This document shows positions 26,874 through 32,000 of a stretch of DNA of 32,000 nt, in pieces (the stretch's first letter is position 1; every line of letters begins with the position of its first letter). This stretch comes from Trichlorobacter lovleyi SZ. GTDB lineage: Bacteria > Desulfobacterota > Desulfuromonadia > Geobacterales > Pseudopelobacteraceae. The notes beneath the pieces are model-generated. The model was not told where the DNA came from. It did no database searches and saw only the letters and a list, made by a program, of their open reading frames with translations. Where the stretch lies: positions 1,050,001 to 1,082,000 of the forward strand of contig NC_010814.1 in NCBI RefSeq assembly GCF_000020385.1, read 5' to 3'. Made by a program: the position numbers and the translations under genes.

Positions 26874-27557
26874 ATGCACTTTTTAACCGTATCCGGCCCG
26901 CCATCATCAGGCAAGACCTCGGTCATCCTGCGGGTAATCGAGGCCTTACAGGCCAAGCAGAAGAAGATCGGGGTGGTCAAGTATGACTGCCTGATGACGG
27001 AAGATGACCTGAGCTATGCCAAGAAAGGGGTGCTGGTCAAGAAGGGGCTTTCCGGCTCCCAGTGCCCGGACCACTACTTTGTCAGCAATATCGAGGCCTG
27101 CGTCAAATGGGGTGTCGAGAACGATTGTGATTTCCTGATCAGCGAATCAGCAGGTCTCTGCAATCGCTGTTCGCCCCATATCAAGGATATTACGGCAGTC
27201 TGCGTGATCGACAACTTAAGCGGCATCAATACGCCGCGTAAGATCGGGCCGATGTTGAAATCAGCCGATATTGTGGTGATCACCAAGGGAGATATCGTCT
27301 CCCAGGCCGAGCGGGAGGTGTTTGCCTCACGGGTCAAGCAGGTCAATCCCGGCGCGGTGATCATGAACATCAACGGTATTACCGGCCAGGGGGCCTTTGA
27401 GCTGACTACCCTGTTTGAAGAGGCCTCGGATATCGAGACCCTGAAGGGGATGCGGCTGCGTTTCTCCATGCCGTCGGCGCTCTGTTCCTACTGTCTGGGT
27501 GAGACACGGATTGGTGATGAATATCAGACCGGCAATGTCAGAAAAATGGAGTCTTGA
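26874..27557 (+). CDS. HypB/UreG-like G3E-family P-loop GTPase (divergent)
   Basis: I chose the ATG at 26874, with AAGGAGAG 5 nt upstream. The Walker A is GPPSSGKT. SGSQCPDH sits at the position of the HypB Cys-His metal motif, and ESAGLCNRCSP at the position of ENVGNLVCP. TKGD replaces NKxD, and there is a C-terminal CSYC. Confidence 0.8.
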   Translation: MHFLTVSGPPSSGKTSVILRVIEALQAKQKKIGVVKYDCLMTEDDLSYAKKGVLVKKGLSGSQCPDHYFVSNIEACVKWGVENDCDFLISESAGLCNRCSPHIKDITAVCVIDNLSGINTPRKIGPMLKSADIVVITKGDIVSQAEREVFASRVKQVNPGAVIMNINGITGQGAFELTTLFEEASDIETLKGMRLRFSMPSALCSYCLGETRIGDEYQTGNVRKMES

Positions 27558-27559
27558 CC

Positions 27560-28558
27560 ATGCACTACCATGATCTTTTACTACAACCATTAAAGCAGTT
27601 GCTGGCCGACTATCCCTGGCTGGAGGATTTTTTCAGTTCATTCGGCCTGCAGCTGCAGGCTGTGGAGCAACCGCTACAGCAGTATCTGGATCAACTGGAC
27701 CCAGACCAATTGCTTGATCTGGGGATCAGTCAGGAGCAGCTGCAGCAGAGCCTGCATGATTTTATGGCCGGTATGCTGGCCCTGGATGAAGCTGCTGAAA
27801 AGGTGGAGTCACTAACCATCATCGGCGGTTTTGACAAGACCGGAACTGCTGAACAGTTGGAGCTTACGCTAAAACCGGGTGAGGTGATCTGCATCGTCGG
27901 TCCCACCGGCTCCGGCAAGAGCCGTCTGTTGGCCGATATCGAGTGGGTGGCCCAGGGTGATACCCCCACCAAACGCAAGGTCCTGATCAACGGCACGGTG
28001 CCTGACAACAAGTGGCGCTTCTCAACCGAACATAAGCTGGTGGCACAACTTTCACAGAACATGAACTTTGTGATGGACCTGACTGCCGAGGAGTTTGTGC
28101 GGATGCATGCGGAAAGCCGTTTGGTGCCTGATCCGGAGGAAAAGGTGGCCCGGATTCTGGAGCAGGCCAATCAGCTGGCCGGTGAACAGTTCAAGCCGGA
28201 CACGCCGGTCACTTCACTCAGCGGCGGGCAGTCCCGGGCCCTGATGATTGCCGACATGGCAATCCTGAGCAAGTCGCCGATTGTACTGATTGATGAGATC
28301 GAAAATGCCGGTATTGACCGTAAAAAGGCACTGGAACTATTGGTAAAACAGGAAAAAATCATTCTTATGGCCACCCATGACCCGATTCTGGCGTTGATGG
28401 GGGACAAGAGGCTGGTAATCAAAAATGGCGGTATTGCCAAGATCATTGCATCAAGCGATGCAGAACGGAAGAATCTGTCCAGGCTGGAAGAGCTGGATAA
28501 TACCCTGCTGGCCCTGCGCAACAGGATCAGGTTCGGGGAAATATTAGAGGAACTGTAA
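27560..28558 (+). CDS. Soluble ABC-type ATPase with an N-terminal extension of about 85 aa; no cognate permease nearby
   Basis: The Walker A is GPTGSGKS and the signature is LSGGQSRAL. The Walker B is VLIDEIE and the H-loop is MATHD. The N-terminus PLKQLLADYPWLEDFFSSFGL resembles the DUF1858-like head of the first gene. The start lies 2 nt after the GTPase stop. Confidence 0.85.
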   Translation: MHYHDLLLQPLKQLLADYPWLEDFFSSFGLQLQAVEQPLQQYLDQLDPDQLLDLGISQEQLQQSLHDFMAGMLALDEAAEKVESLTIIGGFDKTGTAEQLELTLKPGEVICIVGPTGSGKSRLLADIEWVAQGDTPTKRKVLINGTVPDNKWRFSTEHKLVAQLSQNMNFVMDLTAEEFVRMHAESRLVPDPEEKVARILEQANQLAGEQFKPDTPVTSLSGGQSRALMIADMAILSKSPIVLIDEIENAGIDRKKALELLVKQEKIILMATHDPILALMGDKRLVIKNGGIAKIIASSDAERKNLSRLEELDNTLLALRNRIRFGEILEEL

Positions 28559-28583
28559 TCTAAACAGAAAAGGAGATACGAAT

Positions 28584-28826
28584 ATGCACCAGGGATGTGA
28601 TGGCAGTTTTGGCGGCGGAGCAGGGGTGGTTGATAAGCTGCGGATGATGGGATATAGCGGTATGGCGATGCCGGTTGAGACCCGGTTGGTCTGTGAAGGC
28701 TGCGGAACCTCCTTCCAGATGAAGACCATGGAAGATCGCTGCCCCCAATGCGGCATGGTCTATGGGGTAACCCCCTGCCATGCCCATGATCCGCGCAGTA
28801 TCCAGGCCGCCGGGATAGGTTATTGA
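28584..28826 (+). CDS. 80-aa zinc-ribbon protein (HypA-like Cys pattern)
   Basis: The RBS AAGGAGA lies 7 nt upstream. The pattern is C37-EG-C40 x12 C53-PQ-C56, followed by C65-H-A-H68. The N-terminus is MHQ. A strong terminator follows directly. Confidence 0.7.
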   Translation: MHQGCDGSFGGGAGVVDKLRMMGYSGMAMPVETRLVCEGCGTSFQMKTMEDRCPQCGMVYGVTPCHAHDPRSIQAAGIGY

Positions 28827-28849
28827 TTATATTTGTGTTGTAAGGTTGA

Positions 28850-28885
28850 AACGGGCAGCTCCCTGCAGGGGGCTGCCCGTTTTTG
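28850..28885 (+). terminator. Intrinsic terminator after the four-gene cassette
   Basis: AACGGGCAGCTCCCTGCAGGGGGCTGCCCGTT is followed by TTTT. Confidence 0.8.
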
Positions 28886-29050
28886 TTCTGCCGTCCCCCG
28901 CAGTTCCGGGAAATTTTGAAACAGTGTGTGATTTTTTGCAGCCAAAACAGGCGAATCATGCAATGATAGCTTTAATTCAATCAAACAGATTGGTTAGACA
29001 TTTTTTAGGTTTGTACGCATTGAGTTTCAGGTTGTTCCAAGGAGGATTGC

Positions 29051-29872
29051 ATGGGGTTCTCGCTTGATCTTCGCTACCAGATTTGCCTGCAGCCGATTGA
29101 ACTGCCGGTTTTTAATCCGGTCGCTCTGGAGTTGCTCCAGCTGTTGGCTGATCCGACGGTTGAAATCGACCATGTCACTGAGATCATCCAAAAGGATCAG
29201 GGGCTGGCTATTCAGGTGCTCAGGATGGCCAATTCATCGGCCTACGTGGGGCGTACCCGCTCTGAGACCATTAAAGATGCGGTCAATCGTCTGGGGGGCA
29301 AACAGATAACCAGTCTGGCAATGGCTGCCTCGCAGGCGGCCCTGCACGCCTCCGAAAATCCGGTTGTGAACGAGGTAATGCGGCATCTCTGGCTGCATTC
29401 CCACGCCTGCGCACTGGGCTGCCGTTCTCTGGCTATCAGCAGCGGCCACCGTGCGTTGGCAGATCAGGCCTATCTGGCAGGCCTGCTGCATGATATCGGC
29501 AAGCTCTATCTGCTGAAGGCGATGGAGCGGATCAGTCTGTCCCGGGAGATCAGTTTTGAGCTGGATCTTGAAACCCTGCTGGATGTCTTTTCCGATATGC
29601 ATGTTGAACAAGGGGTCCGGATCATGAACCATTGGGACATCCCCCCCCTGTACTGCGCTATTGCAGCACACCATCATGCAGAGACCTTTGATCCTGGCGA
29701 CACCCTGCTGGCCATTGTCCGGCTGGTCAACTTCAACAGCATGCAGTACAACCTCAACCTGTATCCGCGGCTGGTACAACCACCGGATGCCCTGCCTGAA
29801 ATTTTGCTGCTGAAGGTGGGAGATCCGGAACTGGTAAAACTGGAAGCGGATATGCAAGTGGTCTGTGCCTAA
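29051..29872 (+). CDS. HDOD-domain protein
   Basis: 273 aa with RBS AAGGAGG. The HDOD pattern reads LPVFNPVALELLQLLADP...IIQKDQGLAIQVLRMANSSAY...LLHDIGKLYLL. Confidence 0.88.
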   Translation: MGFSLDLRYQICLQPIELPVFNPVALELLQLLADPTVEIDHVTEIIQKDQGLAIQVLRMANSSAYVGRTRSETIKDAVNRLGGKQITSLAMAASQAALHASENPVVNEVMRHLWLHSHACALGCRSLAISSGHRALADQAYLAGLLHDIGKLYLLKAMERISLSREISFELDLETLLDVFSDMHVEQGVRIMNHWDIPPLYCAIAAHHHAETFDPGDTLLAIVRLVNFNSMQYNLNLYPRLVQPPDALPEILLLKVGDPELVKLEADMQVVCA

Positions 29873-29931
29873 CCGTTTGAGCGAAAGTCGGAGAATTCCG
29901 GTCACCAGCAGTCCCAAGCCACAGGAACGCC

Positions 29932-30642
29932 ATGAACATTACTGACCTTTACAGCACCCGCATCCAAAAGAACTTTGACGAAGACCAGGCTGAGATCCTT
30001 GCCGTGCTGCAGGCGAATCTCAAAAAGCCTCTCAAGCTGATCAACTATTACAAGGGGATTCCGCTTTCCTATCCGGCAACCATCGCCTCCATCAGCAAGG
30101 GGATTGTCGATCTGGATGTGCATGAGGTGCAGGCCTTTACCATTGAGCAGACCCACTCAACCTTCATACGAAGTCCCCTGTTCAAGCATGCCCTGTTTGC
30201 CCAGGCACAGTATGTCAATGTCAGTAAAAGGGCTGCAGCCTTTGTGCAGTTTTCCTACGTTGAAATCATGGCCGAACACCGGAGTTTCGTCAGGGTTGCG
30301 GTTGATTCTCAGGAGCCGGTCTCGATTGAATCCCCGCTGGGGACAATTGAGGGGCAGTTATATGATATCTCACTCTCAGGGCTGAACATCCTGATTGACT
30401 ACACCTGTCCGCTGGAACCAGGTGCCGAAACAACCGTGCAGTTTGTGCTCAGAAGCCCTGAAACAGCTCAGGCTATCAACGCCCGTCTTCCGGCGATCCT
30501 GATCGGCATCGCCGGCGATGTCCCGCCCTACAGTTACCGTTTTGCCATCAGCCCTGAAAAGCAGCTTGAAAGCCAGATCTCACAGTATATCTTTCAACGT
30601 CAGGTTGCGATTATCAGGGGGGTTAAGGAGGTGATCTCCTGA
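29932..30642 (+). CDS. PilZ-domain c-di-GMP receptor with YcgR-like N-terminal domain
   Basis: The RxxxR motif (HRSFVRV) and the DxSxxG motif (DISLSGL) are about 28 residues apart. Confidence 0.85.
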   Translation: MNITDLYSTRIQKNFDEDQAEILAVLQANLKKPLKLINYYKGIPLSYPATIASISKGIVDLDVHEVQAFTIEQTHSTFIRSPLFKHALFAQAQYVNVSKRAAAFVQFSYVEIMAEHRSFVRVAVDSQEPVSIESPLGTIEGQLYDISLSGLNILIDYTCPLEPGAETTVQFVLRSPETAQAINARLPAILIGIAGDVPPYSYRFAISPEKQLESQISQYIFQRQVAIIRGVKEVIS

Positions 30643-30663
30643 TCACCTTCAGCGCAGAAGTGA

Positions 30664-30707
30664 ATCCAACGGGCAGCTCCTGCAGGGAACTGCCCGTTGG
30701 ATTTTTT
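30664..30707 (+). terminator. Intrinsic terminator between convergent PilZ and MCP genes
   Basis: ATCCAACGGGCAGCTCCTGCAGGGAACTGCCCGTTGGAT is followed by TTTTT. Its core is nearly identical to the terminator at 28850..28885. Confidence 0.8.
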
Positions 30708-30720
30708 GCGCTACGGAAGA

Positions 30721-32000
30721 CTACAGCTTGAAGCGTCCCACCAGACCTTCCAGATCTTTCGCCAGGCCGGACAGTTCTGAGGCTGCACCGGCGGTTTGAT
30801 GGGCGCCGTTGGCGGTTTGTTGGACCACATCGGTGATCTGGTGGATGTTGGTGGATATCTCGCCGGTGACGGCGGTCTGCTCTTCTGCAGCCGTAGCAAT
30901 CTGATGCACCTGCAGGGTGACTTCATTGATCCCTTCCAGGATCTGCTGCAGGGCATCACCGGATCGGCGTGAACTGTCCATCCCTTTCTCAACCTCTACA
31001 ACTCCCTGCTCCATTGAGGTCACAGCGCCACCGGTTTCCTGCTGGATCGCCTTGATCATCTCACCGATCTCGCGGGTGGCGCGGGTTGTCCGTTCTGCCA
31101 GGGCCCGTACTTCGTCGGCAACCACGGCAAAGCCGCGCCCCATCTCGCCGGCCCGGGCCGCCTCAATGGCGGCATTCAGGGCCAGCAGGTTGGTCTGGTC
31201 GGCAATATCCTCAATCGTTCCGACAATGGCCCCGATCTGGTCAGAGCGGGCCCCCAGTGCCTCAACCGTACGGGCCGATTCACGCACCTTCTCTGCAATG
31301 GTCTGCATACCTGAGATGGTTTCCTGTACCACAGAGGCACCACCATGGGCCATTTCACTGGCACGGTTGGCGATGTCGGACGCCAGGGTGCAATTGCGGG
31401 AGATGTCGTTGGAGGTGGCTGACATCTCTTCACTGGCTGTGGCAACCGTGGCTGACTGGCAGGCCACTTCCTCAGCAGCAGTCGCGATCTGTTCGGCAGT
31501 GCTGTGCAGCTGGTTGGATGCCGTAGCGACCTGGACCGTTGTGGTGGTGGCCTGGGAGATGATGGAGTGGATATTCTCAACAAAGCGGTTAAACCAGTGG
31601 CTTACTTCGCCAAACTCATCCTTGCGGTTGGCGTCCAGACGCCGGGTCAGGTCTCCCTCGCCCTGGGCTATATCCTGTAGCATCTCTACCAGCTTGCGCA
31701 ACGGTCCGGTAATACTGCCGACAATCAGCAGGCTGAGCAGCAGGGTCAGGACAGCCATTGTCAGTGATATGGCAATACTTAAAATCAGCGCCAGGCGGGC
31801 TGTGCCTGCCTGGTCGGATGCCTGTTGCAGGATTCCTTTTGCGATCCCGTCTTCGATCTCTTTCATCTGATCAATTTTAGCGGTAATGGCGCTAAACCAG
31901 GTTTCCGGCGTGATTTCAAAGCTGCCGGCCATCCCCTTTGCAAGCACGGCGTTGCGTAACTCATCCGCCTTTTTGAATGATTCAGACTGCGCCTTTTCAT
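30721..32000 (-). CDS. Methyl-accepting chemotaxis protein with NIT-type sensor domain (N-terminus outside the window)
   Basis: The reading frame stays open upstream of the track start (GTG at 31947) to the window edge (...[52 protein letters not shown]). It continues through a TM helix, a HAMP ([24 protein letters not shown]) and an MCP signalling domain. Confidence 0.9.
   Translation of the reverse strand, partial: EKAQSESFKKADELRNAVLAKGMAGSFEITPETWFSAITAKIDQMKEIEDGIAKGILQQASDQAGTARLALILSIAISLTMAVLTLLLSLLIVGSITGPLRKLVEMLQDIAQGEGDLTRRLDANRKDEFGEVSHWFNRFVENIHSIISQATTTTVQVATASNQLHSTAEQIATAAEEVACQSATVATASEEMSATSNDISRNCTLASDIANRASEMAHGGASVVQETISGMQTIAEKVRESARTVEALGARSDQIGAIVGTIEDIADQTNLLALNAAIEAARAGEMGRGFAVVADEVRALAERTTRATREIGEMIKAIQQETGGAVTSMEQGVVEVEKGMDSSRRSGDALQQILEGINEVTLQVHQIATAAEEQTAVTGEISTNIHQITDVVQQTANGAHQTAGAASELSGLAKDLEGLVGRFKL

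Noticed and set aside
28887-29050. A possible sigma-54 promoter upstream of the HDOD gene (TGTGTGATTTTTTGCAG).
   Set aside because: It lacks the conserved GG dinucleotide at -24 with correct spacing to the GC at -12. The only match is TTGC.

Overview
This window looks like a chromosomal segment from a moderately GC-rich Desulfuromonadales or Geobacter-like deltaproteobacterium. That taxonomic guess rests only on gene content and order and cannot be verified here. Positions 1 to about 23,500 are core housekeeping. They hold the obg 3' end and proB on the plus strand. A minus-strand macromolecular-synthesis-type operon follows (rpsU-cvpA-dnaG-rpoD), trailed by a secreted TPR/coiled-coil protein. 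A minus-strand run glyQ-glyS-[hemerythrin-tailed MCP]-hisH-hisA-hisF-hisE comes next, then cysK/cysM. A plus-strand run rho-rpmE-thyX-DUF1385-prfA-prmC-hpt-purine permease completes this part. Positions 23,500 to 32,000 are a sensory/redox accessory stretch. A PAS-ndh (type II NADH dehydrogenase) operon is transcribed divergently from a four-gene cassette across a short region that carries two FNR/CRP-like boxes. The cassette encodes a cytoplasmic DUF1858-SBP-fold fusion, a HypB/UreG-like G3E GTPase, a permease-less ABC ATPase with an N-terminal extension, and an 80-aa HypA-like zinc-ribbon protein. I consider this cassette the best candidate for an undescribed system, possibly a cytoplasmic metal or metallocofactor hand-off machine. 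HDOD, PilZ and a NIT-domain MCP follow it. I saw no rRNA, tRNA, CRISPR array, transposase or integrase. At least four families of imperfect-palindromic intergenic repeats occupy many of the intergenic gaps. All calls come from reading the sequence and the ORF track; no searches were run.
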